A stretch of DNA of 63,384 nt, filler included, from Theionarchaea archaeon (GCA_018992565.1; 5 parts of 5 records of this genome joined end to end with filler, not necessarily neighbours in it); one strand, 5' to 3'; shown: positions 49,936 to 60,715, numbered from the whole stretch's first letter. Notes: generated from the sequence alone by a model not told the origin. Translations and numbers: made by a program.

Positions 49936-50808
49936 ATGTTAAAAGAATGGTTAGACCAATTTGATCCCACGAAGAACCCTCTGAAAGGTATGATAGGAAT
50001 TCCTTTGATTGTCCTCATTGTGTTCTTGCTCATCCTTGGCCTTCCCCTTATTGTATCAGACTATTCTGGACCTTTTGAATTGCGCATGGGAATGGATCTT
50101 CAGGGAGGCACGCTGGCTATGGTAACTGGAGTTGACCCCGATCCTTCATTGAAAGAAGTGCTTTCGGATCACTTCGATGTATATGATATTGATGTGCGTT
50201 CTGCGGGAGGAGGCATAGCAGTGGAAGCCCCTGCAGATGTGGATGTTGTGGAACTGGAAAATGTTCTCAGGCAGACATATCCTGATGCAGAAATCTCCAC
50301 CAGCTATGTAGGTCCTACCATGGGAGAAGACCTGCAATTACAGGCCAGAAATGCACTTATTATTGCTTTTGTTGGCATGACTATAGTTGTTTTCATAGCC
50401 TTCCGTTCTATTGTCCCCAGTATTGCAGTGATTTTGTCTGCATTTTCTGATATGGCTATTGCAGCAGGATTTATGGCTATAACAGGTGTGACACTTGAAC
50501 TTGGTACCATAGCTGCTCTTCTAATGGTGATTGGATACAGTGTTGACTCCGATATCCTATTGACCACAAAGCTTCTGAAGAGAAGGGGAAACCTCAGAGA
50601 AAAGGTACGAGGTGCCATGAGTACTGGGATTACCATGACGTTGACCACTATTGCTGCAATGGTTTCATTGTACGTGGTATCCACCCATCCAACCCTTGAT
50701 TCCATCGCAATTGTCTTACTCTTTGCGCTGGTCACTGACCTGATGAATACATGGATGCTCAACACAGGCATTCTCATGTGGTATCTGAAGAGGAGGGGAA
50801 GAACATGA
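49936..50808 (+). CDS. secF: Protein-export membrane protein SecF
   Basis: GMDLQGG, VGPTMG, IGYSVDSDI and DLMNTWMLN. Confidence 0.93.
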   Translation: MLKEWLDQFDPTKNPLKGMIGIPLIVLIVFLLILGLPLIVSDYSGPFELRMGMDLQGGTLAMVTGVDPDPSLKEVLSDHFDVYDIDVRSAGGGIAVEAPADVDVVELENVLRQTYPDAEISTSYVGPTMGEDLQLQARNALIIAFVGMTIVVFIAFRSIVPSIAVILSAFSDMAIAAGFMAITGVTLELGTIAALLMVIGYSVDSDILLTTKLLKRRGNLREKVRGAMSTGITMTLTTIAAMVSLYVVSTHPTLDSIAIVLLFALVTDLMNTWMLNTGILMWYLKRRGRT

Positions 50809-52581
50809 CCCGGGCATACAAAGATTTACGCGTATTATTACTGGTAGTCGCTCTTCTGGTTTCTCTCTTTGCTATCAAACCCAGTTATAGCGAGGGAGAG
50901 TTTGATACTAATTTGAAGTTTGGCATTGAACTGGCTGGAGGCAGCTTCATTCGACTGGCCTTGCAGGGATGCATGGTGCAGATAGAGGCTGATGCCGATG
51001 CGATTCTCATTGAGAACATGGAGAACGTGCTGAATAGACAAGTCACTCTATTGAGCAGCACGGACGAAGTCGCAACGTTCCAGTGTCCAGCGATGACAGA
51101 AGAAGAGCAACAAAGACTTGATAGCGAACTTGATCTGTCTTTTACCTTTCCTGACGAGAACTCGATTCAGCTAGAGCGCTCTGAAGATGCCATCATTGTG
51201 TGGCTCCTGCGACGAGAAACTAATAGCGAAGTGTGGAAAGTGGAATACAGCGGAGAAGAGTATATTGAAATCCGTGCAGCCTTCTCTCAGGAGCAGATTC
51301 AGGCTTTTCTGGGAAAAAACGGAACCGTTACCAGCTATTTGGACAAAGTATCTCCCCAGACAACAAAAGAAACCAGGAGAATTATCGAAAACAAACTGAA
51401 TTATCTTGGATTGCAGGACATTAAGGTCCGGGTGTGGGGAGAAGACTATATTATGGTGGACATGGCCGGAAAATCTCTGGAAGAGGCAAGAGAAATCGTA
51501 TCGAAGCCTGGAAAATTCGAGATCAAGATAAAGATGGGAACAGTGTCTGAGACAGAACCGATAGAAGAAGGTGTAANNNNNNNNNNNNNNNNNNNNNNNN
51601 NNNNNNNNNNNNNNNNNNNNNNNNNNNNNNNNNNNNNNNNNNNNNNNNNNNNNNNNNNNNNNNNNNNNNNNNNNNNCAGAAGAAGGTGTAACAGAATTAC
51701 CGGAAGAAAAAGCGGTCTTTGTTGTCAGTGGTTCTGAGATTTCGCGGGTTGACCCCGCTAGTAGTCCTGTTGGTTCAACATGGGGTGTGCCTTTCACATT
51801 TACTGAGAAGGGTGCTCAGATTTTTGCTGAAAAGTGTATTGAGTATGGGGCTGCTGATCCTGATGACGCTGTGAGAGCAGTGCATGAGGTAGCTATGTAC
51901 TTGGACGACATAGAGGTATTTTCCGCCCCATTACAAGCAGACCTGGCCAGCAGCATTCGGGATGGAACATACAGAGGAAGCCAGGTTGCGCAGACGGGAA
52001 CATATGAGTCTGCACGAGAGCTTGAAATTCACCTGAGAGCAGGTGCTTTGCCTGTAAAGCCCAAAATTGTGGGAGAAGGAGAAACTCCTCCTGAACTGGG
52101 GCAGCAATTCATGAGGCAGGTAATCCAGGCTATCATTGGAGCTATTTTTGCGGTTGCCATTATTATTTATATTCGCTATCGGTATCCCAGGGTAGTCCTA
52201 CCTTTGCTTGCCTGTGCTTTTTCAGAGACACTCATTGTCCTTGGATTTGCGGCCCTGATTAACCACCAACTGGATCTCCCTTCACTGGCTGGAGTGATTG
52301 CCACTCTGGGGACAGGGGTGGACCAGATGGTGATCATAACTGACGAAGTAGTGAGAGGAGAAATGCGCAGGATGGGCGGCTTGCTCCAGCGTGTATCTCG
52401 TGCGTTTTCCATTATTTTCGTCTCTGCGGCCACTACTGTTATTGCAATGACTCCTCTGGCCTACATGCAGCTGGGTGTTCTGAGAGGATTTGCCATTATT
52501 ACCATCGCTGGCATCTTCATCGGAATCTTCATAACCAGACCTGCTTACGGGAGACTAGTCACATACATCATTAAACTCTAA
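50805..52581 (+). CDS. secD: Protein-export membrane protein SecD (N gap at 51577-51676)
   Basis: GIELAGG, LRAGALP, GTGVDQMVII, AATT and TRPAY. Confidence 0.9.
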
Positions 52582-52598
52582 GATGTATGGATGATTGT

Positions 52599-53114
52599 AT
52601 GGAACTATTCGAAGCGATACAAACCAGAAGGAGTATACGCACGTTCAGGGAGGATGAAGTCCCTCGCAACAAGGTAAAGATTATTCTGGAATCCGCAATC
52701 CTGGCCCCTTCTGAAGGGAATCTGCAGTCCTGGCGATTTTATGTGGTTACGAACAAAGAGGTGAAGGAAGAGCTGGCAAAAGCGGCTCTTGACCAGAAGT
52801 TCGTTGCTCAGGCACCTGTCGTCATCGTGGTGTGTACCAACCTTCAAGCAGTGACTCCATATGGGAAAAGAGGCAGGGAATTGTATGCGCTCCAGTCCAC
52901 TGCGGCAGCCATTGAGAACATGTTGCTCACTGCAGTTTCTCAGGGTCTGGGTGCCTGCTGGGTGGGTGCGTTTAGAGAAGACAAGGTTGCTAGAATCCTG
53001 AATTTGAAAACCACTCTAAGACCAGTTGCCCTGGTGGCTGTGGGGTATTCCGCAGAGGAACCTCCATCCAGGGGACGAATTCCTGTAGAAGCTGTGTCCG
53101 TCTTTCTGGAATGA
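52599..53114 (+). CDS. Nitroreductase family protein
   Basis: RRSIR, APSEGNLQSW and GLGACWVG. Confidence 0.92.
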   Translation: MELFEAIQTRRSIRTFREDEVPRNKVKIILESAILAPSEGNLQSWRFYVVTNKEVKEELAKAALDQKFVAQAPVVIVVCTNLQAVTPYGKRGRELYALQSTAAAIENMLLTAVSQGLGACWVGAFREDKVARILNLKTTLRPVALVAVGYSAEEPPSRGRIPVEAVSVFLE

Positions 53115-53147
53115 GAACCCGGACCCGTAACTGGGAATATGCGGCAG

Positions 53148-53681
53148 CTATCGGTACATGGAAGTGCCTTCATCAAGCGAGGGTGAAGGCGAGGGTGGAG
53201 AAACACCGAACTCCTTCTGAATAAACCAGATTACCTGCAGCTTGCTGCGATTAACATCCAGAAGTGCATTCATGAAGGCCTGTTTTGAAAATCCGTCCTG
53301 AAACAGAAAGGTATGAACCCGAACACGCTCAAGGATGTTATCTGGATGCCGCATTTCGAATTCCACCCTTCCCTGAGCCAGCATTAACCTCAAGTTCCAG
53401 ATGAATTCCTCTCTTTTCTTGATATCAAGAGCCCTCAAGCCCTGTTTATGTGTGTCTGAAACTTCTATGACAGCTCCAACAATAATAGTGTCTTCTTTAC
53501 CCTTCGGCTGAAAGACATTGAGACTGCTTTGCGGACTGGGAAATTGTAGATTCAGCTGGAATTCTGCCATTTCAGTACGCACCTTCTGGATGACAATGCC
53601 TTCCTCAAGGCACAATTCTTCCACTCTCTTTTCAAGCTCTGTACCCACTTGATCACCAGCTTTCTGTAGGGACCTTGCCAT
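53148..53681 (-). CDS. Conserved archaeal protein (DUF2299-like)
   Basis: EEG...F...QPK...D...REEFIWNLR...DGFSKQ pattern. Confidence 0.55.
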   Translation of the reverse strand: MARSLQKAGDQVGTELEKRVEELCLEEGIVIQKVRTEMAEFQLNLQFPSPQSSLNVFQPKGKEDTIIVGAVIEVSDTHKQGLRALDIKKREEFIWNLRLMLAQGRVEFEMRHPDNILERVRVHTFLFQDGFSKQAFMNALLDVNRSKLQVIWFIQKEFGVSPPSPSPSLDEGTSMYR

Positions 53682-53714
53682 TTATAGCTATCTCTTCTCC
53701 CCCCCATGTCCACT

Positions 53715-54917
53715 CTAGCCTGTCTCCGTCATCCACCGGGTGGTTGCCTTCAGTCCGATGGGAGTCAATATGGTGGTGATGAAAGCCATAACCACAACAA
53801 TACTGAAGAGCTCATGGCTGATTACTCCATATTCAAGTCCAACTCCTGCAAGTACCAGTTCCACCGCTCCTCTTCCATTCATTCCCACGCCTACAGACAG
53901 TGCCTCTTTCCTGCTCAGCCCACTGATCACTCCTCCCAGACCACATCCCACGATTTTTCCAACACAGGCAGCAGCAATCACCGCATAGCAGAAGATATTG
54001 AGGAGCGGGTGCAGTCTGACGACAAATCCAATCCATCCAAAGAACAGAGGACCGAAAAACCCAAACCCCCAGGTGACCAGCTCTTCCACTTCCGCATTGG
54101 TCAATGACTTTCTGAGGATCAGGCCGGCCACAAAGGCACCAATAATCTCGTGCAGCCCGGAAATTCTAGCTGCCACAGCATATGTGAGTACAATGAGCAG
54201 AATGGAACCCAGTCTGAATTCCTTTGACAGCCGCAGCCTGTTTAAGATCCGGGGGACAATGCGCAGCCCCACCACGCCACTGATGAGCAGGAATGCAACA
54301 GACTGAGAGAAGATAATCGCCAGGTTTACCAGAGATGGGAGTTCTGCGTGCTTTATGATATTCAAGAGAAGAGACAGTATGAGAATTCCTATGACGTCAT
54401 CAAAAACGGCAGCCCCCATGACAGTGGACCCTATGCGTGTTCGCAGCAAATTCAAATCGTACAAAGACTTGGCAGATACAGCCACAGCAGTAATAGACAG
54501 AGAAGCTCCCAAGAACAGACAGGTAATCCATTCATAGTGGAACAACCTCCCTGTTCCATATCCCAGGAGAAAAGGGAAAATAACACCTCCCACTGCAGTG
54601 CTGAGGCTGTACCGAGAGGACTTGATAAGTTCCTCCAGTTCGGTTCCCAATCCTGCAATGAGCATCACCATGACCATCCCAATGTCAATCAGGATAGTAA
54701 TCTCTCTCTCAATCTGGTCTGGATTCCAGTATTCAAGTAAAGGATGATCCCCAAAGGGAATTGAAAAGAGAAACAGGGCCACAGGTCCCACCAGAATACC
54801 TCCCAACAACTCCCCGATGATATTGGGCTGGCCCAATCGCTCCATGATATTCCCACATATGATAGCAGCAGTGACAATAACAATCACATGAATGAATATC
54901 AGCATCAGTAAAGACAT
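53715..54917 (-). CDS. Cation:proton antiporter (CPA2/NapA-like)
   Basis: GELLGGILVGP, SITAV, AVFDD and MNGRG. Confidence 0.92.
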   Translation of the reverse strand: MSLLMLIFIHVIVIVTAAIICGNIMERLGQPNIIGELLGGILVGPVALFLFSIPFGDHPLLEYWNPDQIEREITILIDIGMVMVMLIAGLGTELEELIKSSRYSLSTAVGGVIFPFLLGYGTGRLFHYEWITCLFLGASLSITAVAVSAKSLYDLNLLRTRIGSTVMGAAVFDDVIGILILSLLLNIIKHAELPSLVNLAIIFSQSVAFLLISGVVGLRIVPRILNRLRLSKEFRLGSILLIVLTYAVAARISGLHEIIGAFVAGLILRKSLTNAEVEELVTWGFGFFGPLFFGWIGFVVRLHPLLNIFCYAVIAAACVGKIVGCGLGGVISGLSRKEALSVGVGMNGRGAVELVLAGVGLEYGVISHELFSIVVVMAFITTILTPIGLKATTRWMTETG

Positions 54918-55023
54918 TTGTGCAGATTACTTAAAGGTTTCCCTTCCTTCTTTCTCTATGGTTCATCCTTTGTCAGGCTATCTCTCGCGCTGTAATCCAT
55001 AGAATTGTGGTTTTCTCCGGGTT

Positions 55024-55494
55024 TTAAGTTGTTTCTTGTTTGAACCCGGTCTTTGAAGGACTGTTTGCCCTCTGGAGGTCAAAGGCTTTTTGTATTGCTT
55101 TTTTCGCACCCGGGGTTAAGTCATATCTGTGCAGTTCACTCTGCTGCACCCATCTGACATCAAGACATTCTTTGCTGGGTTGCAGAGTGCCTCCCTTGAC
55201 TTCCGCCCAGAAATCGATCAGTACGTAGTGGTACTTGATGCGTTCCCCCTCATAGACAACGTTGTCCAGAACTGCTACTACATCCCGCAGTTCAATATTC
55301 AGGCCCAATTCTTCTCCTACTTCCCGTTTTGCAGCATCTCTCACTGATTCTCCCACTTCTACAGCGCCTCCAGGAATGCTCCACCTGTTGGCTGAGGGTT
55401 CAAAAGCGCGCTTTATAATGAGCACTCTCCCCTGATCAAAGAGGATTACACCCACTGCAGGAATGGGGAATTCTGGATAGGTGCGGTTCGCCAT
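55024..55494 (-). CDS. NUDIX hydrolase
   Basis: PGGAVEVGESVRDAAKREVGEELG Nudix box. Confidence 0.93.
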   Translation of the reverse strand: MANRTYPEFPIPAVGVILFDQGRVLIIKRAFEPSANRWSIPGGAVEVGESVRDAAKREVGEELGLNIELRDVVAVLDNVVYEGERIKYHYVLIDFWAEVKGGTLQPSKECLDVRWVQQSELHRYDLTPGAKKAIQKAFDLQRANSPSKTGFKQETT

Positions 55495-55569
55495 GTTGAC
55501 ATCTCCAGGCTGGCTTCTTAAGAAAGAGAGTAAAGGAAGCCTTATAAATCCTTCATGATAGTACCAGTT

Positions 55570-55842
55570 ATGAAGCGAGCTCATCTCTTCATCTCGGGCC
55601 GCGTTCAGGGAGTGTTTTTCAGATCGAATACCAGGAAGAAGGCACTGGAGCTGGGACTAGGCGGATGGGTCAGGAATTTAAACGATGGAAGGGTGGAAGC
55701 AGTGTTTGAAGGCGAGGAATCTGCGATTGAAAAAGTCATTGATTGGTGTCACCAGGGACCCACTCATGCCTCAGTGGACGATGTTGAAGTGCATTGGGAG
55801 GAATTTCGGGACGAATTCAAGACCTTTTCAATCCGTTACTGA
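55570..55842 (+). CDS. acyP: Acylphosphatase
   Basis: GRVQGVFFR and GWVRN. Confidence 0.95.
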   Translation: MKRAHLFISGRVQGVFFRSNTRKKALELGLGGWVRNLNDGRVEAVFEGEESAIEKVIDWCHQGPTHASVDDVEVHWEEFRDEFKTFSIRY

Positions 55843-56045
55843 GAAAGTGGCTCCTCTGGACTGTGTAACATGTCTGTTGTTTCTGCTGTCAAGATGAGAA
55901 TCAATCTATCAGGGTGTCTGGGAATTGCTGCTCGCCTGGGGTTCAGGGTTCCAGCCATTCTGCATTATCCACACATTTCGGGACCCCAGATGTGGGGACC
56001 TTGGGCAACCCAAACCATTAAAATGCTCATTGCCTGTAGTAGTCC

Positions 56046-57117
56046 ATGGAGTACAGAGTACTGGAGTCTGAATCATGGGAAACCATCCATGAATGCTTCG
56101 ATGAGGCGTTCTCAGATTACGCTGTTGAGATGCATGTCCCCTTTGACAAATTCCAGAACATTATGTTGCGGAATGGTGTAGACCTGAAGTATTCTATGGG
56201 GTTGTATGATGCTGAGAAGCTGGTGGGATTCATCGTCAATGGAACAGGTGTCTGGCATGATCTGCCCACTGTATATGACTCTGGAACAGGTATACTCAGG
56301 GAATACCGGGGGAAGAAGTATTCACGAACCTTGTTTAGCAGGCTGAGGGACCTCCTATCAAGGACTCGGTATCAACAGTATCTTCTGGAAGTCATTCAAA
56401 CCAATATCCCCGCATATACTCTGTACCTGCGTGAAGGATTTACCATGACCCGTGAACTGCAGTGTTTTAGAATTGAGAAAGAAAGGCTGCATCGCGAGGA
56501 CCCACATTGTGATATTCAGTTCAGGACTGTATCTGTAGTGGACTGGGACGCAGTGACTGCATTCTGGAATGCTGCTCCTTCGTGGCAGAATTCGATTCCA
56601 GCAATTGAACGGATTTCTTCTCAATTTGAGAAAATTGCAGCATACGCAGGTGACACATTAACAGGATACGGAGTATTTGGAAGGGAATCCGGGGAACTTG
56701 TACACATTGCAGTACGAAAGGACTTCAGGAAGAGAGGCATTGGTACAGCGCTCTTGAATGAGATTTCATCCAGGACACAGAGTCCGGGATTGCGGATTGT
56801 CAATATCGATGGAAGTGACAAGGAGACTACAGGGTTTCTCCGGAAGAGAGGGTTCGAGAATGATGTCAATCAGTTTGAAATGATTCTGCNNNNNNNNNNN
56901 NNNNNNNNNNNNNNNNNNNNNNNNNNNNNNNNNNNNNNNNNNNNNNNNNNNNNNNNNNNNNNNNNNNNNNNNNNNNNNNNNNNNNNNNNTGCGGATTGTC
57001 AATATCGATGGAAGTGACAAGGAGACTACAGGGTTTCTCCGGAAGAGAGGGTTCGAGAATGATGTCAATCAGTTTGAAATGATTCTGCCGTTGAAAAAAA
57101 GATCTGAGACATCATAA
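56046..57117 (+). CDS. Tandem GNAT acetyltransferase; C-terminus split by a gap with a duplicated overlap
   Basis: YRGKKYS and FRKRGIGTALL motif A; true end EMILPLKKRSETS* at 57117. Confidence 0.87.
56791..57088. repeat. 99-bp exact duplication flanking an N gap (assembly artefact)
   Basis: 56791-56889 is identical to 56990-57088. Confidence 0.9.
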
Positions 57118-57339
57118 TGGCTGAGTCCTTGAGAGGCGGACGAGTCCTTTTCACTATTAACACCATGTGTGGTGCAGGCCGGAGTAATCCAGTCTGTAAG
57201 GAGACGAGAAAAGTATAAGAGGAGGTTCCCTCTTGATAAGAACAGGGAAGGGGATGTCCTCATAGAGAAAGGATACCCGCCACTGGCAACGGGAGATGTG
57301 CAGGTTGCCACTCATCTCCCAGAAAAGAGAGGTGACTTT

Positions 57340-57834
57340 ATGAATGATGAGACAGGAAAAACCACAAGAATATTAATCATATACGATTCAGGAACAGGAA
57401 ATACTGAAAAGATGGCTCTGGCTGTAGCCGAGGGTGCAAGAAAAGTGACTACAGCTGTAATAGTCAAGAGAGCTGATGCAGCCACTGTGGACGATATGTT
57501 GGAAGCTGATGGAATCATACTTGGGTCTCCTACGTACTATGGATTGATGTCAGCCAATATTAAGAAATTATTCGACATCTCGGTGAAGATCCATGGGAAA
57601 CTCTCCGGGAAGGTGGGTGCGGCCTTTACTAGCGCAGGAGGTACTGCCACCGGAGCAGAGACGACACTTCTTTCCATTGTGGAAGGGCTGTTGATCCATG
57701 GTATGATTGTCCAGGGAAGATCTGACAACAAGCACTATGGTGTGGCCTGCACAGGGCCGCCGGACGAAAAAGGGATTACATTCTGCAGAGAACTCGGAGA
57801 GAGGACAGCTTCGCTGGCAAACAGACTTGTGTAG
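57340..57834 (+). CDS. Flavodoxin/WrbA-like NAD(P)H:quinone oxidoreductase
   Basis: YDSGTGNTEKMA, GSPTYYG and GKVGAAFTS; SD GAGGTGA. Confidence 0.9.
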   Translation: MNDETGKTTRILIIYDSGTGNTEKMALAVAEGARKVTTAVIVKRADAATVDDMLEADGIILGSPTYYGLMSANIKKLFDISVKIHGKLSGKVGAAFTSAGGTATGAETTLLSIVEGLLIHGMIVQGRSDNKHYGVACTGPPDEKGITFCRELGERTASLANRLV

Positions 57835-57980
57835 ATGTCAGGTTTGCGCTGTGCCTGCAGGTCTTCACCTGGGTTATACCTTCCCTGTTAATTGAAGACG
57901 AGATGGGTCTGGAAAAGAGCAGTAGTATTGAGAGTGCTGGCTGTCAGAACACAATCACAATCCAATAAAGAGGTGATAGA

Positions 57981-58254
57981 CTGAAGACTCTATTGACTGT
58001 TGTAGCCATCATACTCGTGTGTGCGGGTGTAGCTACACCCTTCTTATGGGAAGCCCTGAAAGGCTCTCACACTCCGCTGGATGACCTTACCATCACGGTG
58101 GTCTATGACAATTACGCGGCTGCGGAAGGTCTTGAAACAGATTGGGGGTTTTCCTGCTTAGTAGAAGGTGCTGAGAAAACAATTCTGTTTGATACGGGGG
58201 CTGATGGTACTATACTCTTGAGAAACATGAATAGGCTCGGGATTGATGTGAGCA
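57981..58254 (+). CDS. Secreted or membrane-anchored MBL-fold metallo-hydrolase, N-terminal part
   Basis: Hydrophobic N-terminus, ITVVYDN, WGFSCLVE and ILFDTG; cut by scaffold end. Confidence 0.8.
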
Positions 58255-58298
58255 NNNNNNNNNNNNNNNNNNNNNNNNNNNNNNNNNNNNNNNNNNNN

Positions 58299-58310
58299 TT
58301 AATTAATTAA
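58299..58310. other. Artificial scaffold linker
   Basis: TTAATTAATTAA inside an N run. Confidence 0.97.
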
Positions 58311-58355
58311 NNNNNNNNNNNNNNNNNNNNNNNNNNNNNNNNNNNNNNNNNNNNC

Positions 58356-58760
58356 AGCAAAGAGGCCAGTTCACGGCTCCTGGCATTACTGGAAGAACAG
58401 AAATTCGATTATCAAATTGTCAGAGGAATCCGTGACCCAGAAGGATTCAGGGAGCTCGAGGTTAAGGTTCTCTATCCCTCGATTTTCTGGGTTACCATCA
58501 CTCCCCTTTACGAGAAGAAGTTCAAGACTGCATCCCTGTTCCATGTGCATGGGTTGGAAAGTAAATTCGAGCAACAGGGAGCAACCTACGAGCTGGCGCC
58601 TCAACTGGCCCGCCAGCACATGGAAAATCTATTGTTTAAATTCATTTATGTTGGGGAAAGACCCTGGAATTTTGAGAAAGGTTCCTTCTTTTCACGTGTT
58701 GAACCAGAAAAAGTAGCTGCCAGGCAAAAATGGGAAAAATTTCTGGGAGAGGAGCTGTAA
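58356..58760 (+). CDS. Hypothetical protein, C-terminal part
   Basis: Frame is open from the scaffold edge (SKEASSRLLALL...) to the stop at 58760. Confidence 0.55.
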   Translation, partial: SKEASSRLLALLEEQKFDYQIVRGIRDPEGFRELEVKVLYPSIFWVTITPLYEKKFKTASLFHVHGLESKFEQQGATYELAPQLARQHMENLLFKFIYVGERPWNFEKGSFFSRVEPEKVAARQKWEKFLGEEL

Positions 58761-58767
58761 ACAGCAA

Positions 58768-58962
58768 TCATCCTCCCTGAAAAGCCATGATCAAGAACCA
58801 ACCAATAATGACGGCAAAAGACCCGTAAAAGAGCCACTGAGTCCTTCGAGCTTTCTTTCTTCTCTCTTCATAGATACTTTCACATCGATCCGAGCAGAAT
58901 TTTTCGTCTGCAGGAATCGCTTTTTCACAAATAATGCAGTGTTTATGTTGCTGAATTGCCAT
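58768..58962 (-). CDS. DUF2116-like Zn-ribbon membrane protein
   Basis: HKHCIICEKAIP...FCSDRC followed by a C-terminal TM helix. Confidence 0.85.
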   Translation of the reverse strand: MAIQQHKHCIICEKAIPADEKFCSDRCESIYEERRKKARRTQWLFYGSFAVIIGWFLIMAFQGG

Positions 58963-59061
58963 GTCATCACCTGAGACGGTTTCAGAAGCACACTTATAAG
59001 GGTTTGCATTCTCAAAATGCGCACTCCTGGCTGGAAGCTGCGAGAATTCTTAGTATAATGG

Positions 59062-59412
59062 TCACTTTTCGAGATATCCTTCGTCATCAACCTCTCCGAA
59101 CAGGCTCTCAATCATCTCTTCCATGAATTCTCTTCCCTTGTTAAACAACTCTCGTCCCCTGTCAGTAATAGCGTAGTACTTTCTATTAGGCCTCCCTTCC
59201 TTGCTTTCTACCCATTCTGTGGTTACATATCCTTCCTTCTTCAGGTTGTAAAAAACCACATAACTGGTAACAGTGGCAGCGTCCCACTCGAATCGGTTCC
59301 TTATCTGTCTTTTTATCTCGTAGGCATACATTGGTCGTTCCATCAGCAAACGCAACACGTACAGCCACATGACTTCTTTGGTCATCTTCGTTTTCAATCT
59401 CTCCAGTGGCAC
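59062..59412 (-). CDS. PadR family transcriptional regulator
   Basis: PMYAYEI...Y...LKKEGYV...GRPNRKYYAITDRG. Confidence 0.92.
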   Translation of the reverse strand: MPLERLKTKMTKEVMWLYVLRLLMERPMYAYEIKRQIRNRFEWDAATVTSYVVFYNLKKEGYVTTEWVESKEGRPNRKYYAITDRGRELFNKGREFMEEMIESLFGEVDDEGYLEK

Positions 59413-59513
59413 TATATCACCACCATTTCAATCATTGATCCCCTTAAAACATTTTTCCTCAGCCCCTATTTTCTAACCATAAAATATATAAGGCGTATGT
59501 CAGTACTAGTTCC

Positions 59514-60605
59514 ATGGCGAAAATTAAGCTCGCAATAGCAGGAGTAGGTAATTGTGCCTCCTCACTCATACAGGGACTGGAATACTACAAGAATGCTGAA
59601 CCTGAACACGTGATCGGATTAATGCATCATGATATAAATGGGTACAAGCTCTCAGATATTGAAGTAGTCTGTGCCTTTGACATCGATGAACGGAAAGTGG
59701 GGAAGGATGTTTCTCAAGCCATTTTCGCTCCCCCCAACTGTACAGTAGTGTTTTCAAAGGTGCCTCATCTTGGTGTAGAAGTTAAGATGGGCCCTGTCTT
59801 GGACGGAGTTGCCCCACATATGGCACAGTATGACGAAGACAAGACCTTCAAGCCGAAGAACTCCCAACCCTGTGATGTGGTGGGGGAGCTCAAGAAGAGC
59901 GGAGCTGATATGCTGATCAACTATGTTCCTGTGGGATCAGAGCAGGCTGCTCGTTTCTATGCTCAATCCTGCCTGGATGCTGGATGTGGATTCGTCAACT
60001 GCATGCCGGTGTTCATTGCATCTACCCCCGAGTGGGGAAAGAAATTCGAAAAAGCAGGCATTCCGGTGGTGGGAGACGACATTAAATCCCAACTGGGAGC
60101 CACTATTGTGCACAGAGTGCTCACCAAATTATTTAATGATAGAGGTATCAAACTGGATCGGACATACCAGTTGAATACAGGAGGAAACACGGACTTTTTG
60201 AACATGCTGGCAATGGACCGATTGAAATCAAAGAAAATCTCAAAGACAGAGTCAGTGCAGTCTCAGCTGGATACACCACTCAACCCAGACAATATTCACA
60301 TTGGACCTTCTGACTATGTTCCCTGGCAAAAAGACAACAAAATCTGTTTTCTGCACATGGGAGGACGGATGTTCGGGAGTGTTCCACTGGAACTGGAGCT
60401 TCGACTGTCAGTAATTGATTCGCCAAATTCCGGCGGATGTGCTATCGATGCTATCAGATGTCTAAAACTGGCTCTCGACCGCGGGATCTCAGGTCCGTTG
60501 TTGTCAATCTCATCGTACACGATGAAACATCCCCCTGTCCAGTACTCAGATTCAGAAGCCAGAGTCTATGTAGAAGATTACATTGCTGGAAAAAGAGAGC
60601 GCTAG
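59514..60605 (+). CDS. ino1: myo-inositol-1-phosphate synthase
   Basis: GVGNCASSL, GDDIKSQ, QLNTGGNTDFLNM and DSPNS. Confidence 0.96.
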   Translation: MAKIKLAIAGVGNCASSLIQGLEYYKNAEPEHVIGLMHHDINGYKLSDIEVVCAFDIDERKVGKDVSQAIFAPPNCTVVFSKVPHLGVEVKMGPVLDGVAPHMAQYDEDKTFKPKNSQPCDVVGELKKSGADMLINYVPVGSEQAARFYAQSCLDAGCGFVNCMPVFIASTPEWGKKFEKAGIPVVGDDIKSQLGATIVHRVLTKLFNDRGIKLDRTYQLNTGGNTDFLNMLAMDRLKSKKISKTESVQSQLDTPLNPDNIHIGPSDYVPWQKDNKICFLHMGGRMFGSVPLELELRLSVIDSPNSGGCAIDAIRCLKLALDRGISGPLLSISSYTMKHPPVQYSDSEARVYVEDYIAGKRER

Positions 60606-60715
60606 CACATTCAATAGAAAGACACTCCTTTTTCTTCTTTTGCCTAGAATTTTGCTGTAGCCTTACCCCACTATCGTCGGCCTCTTGAGGTTGCCACAGC
60701 GCAGTCTCGGGAAAG

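Noticed and set aside
56791..57088. Apparent duplication at the GNAT 3' end
   Set aside because: Same 99-bp overlap artefact.
8848..58354. Repeated TTAATTAATTAA motif in N runs, and gene adjacencies across these runs
   Set aside because: These are synthetic linkers, so neighbours across them (for example GT-arcB or rSAM-mbh) are not evidence of clustering.
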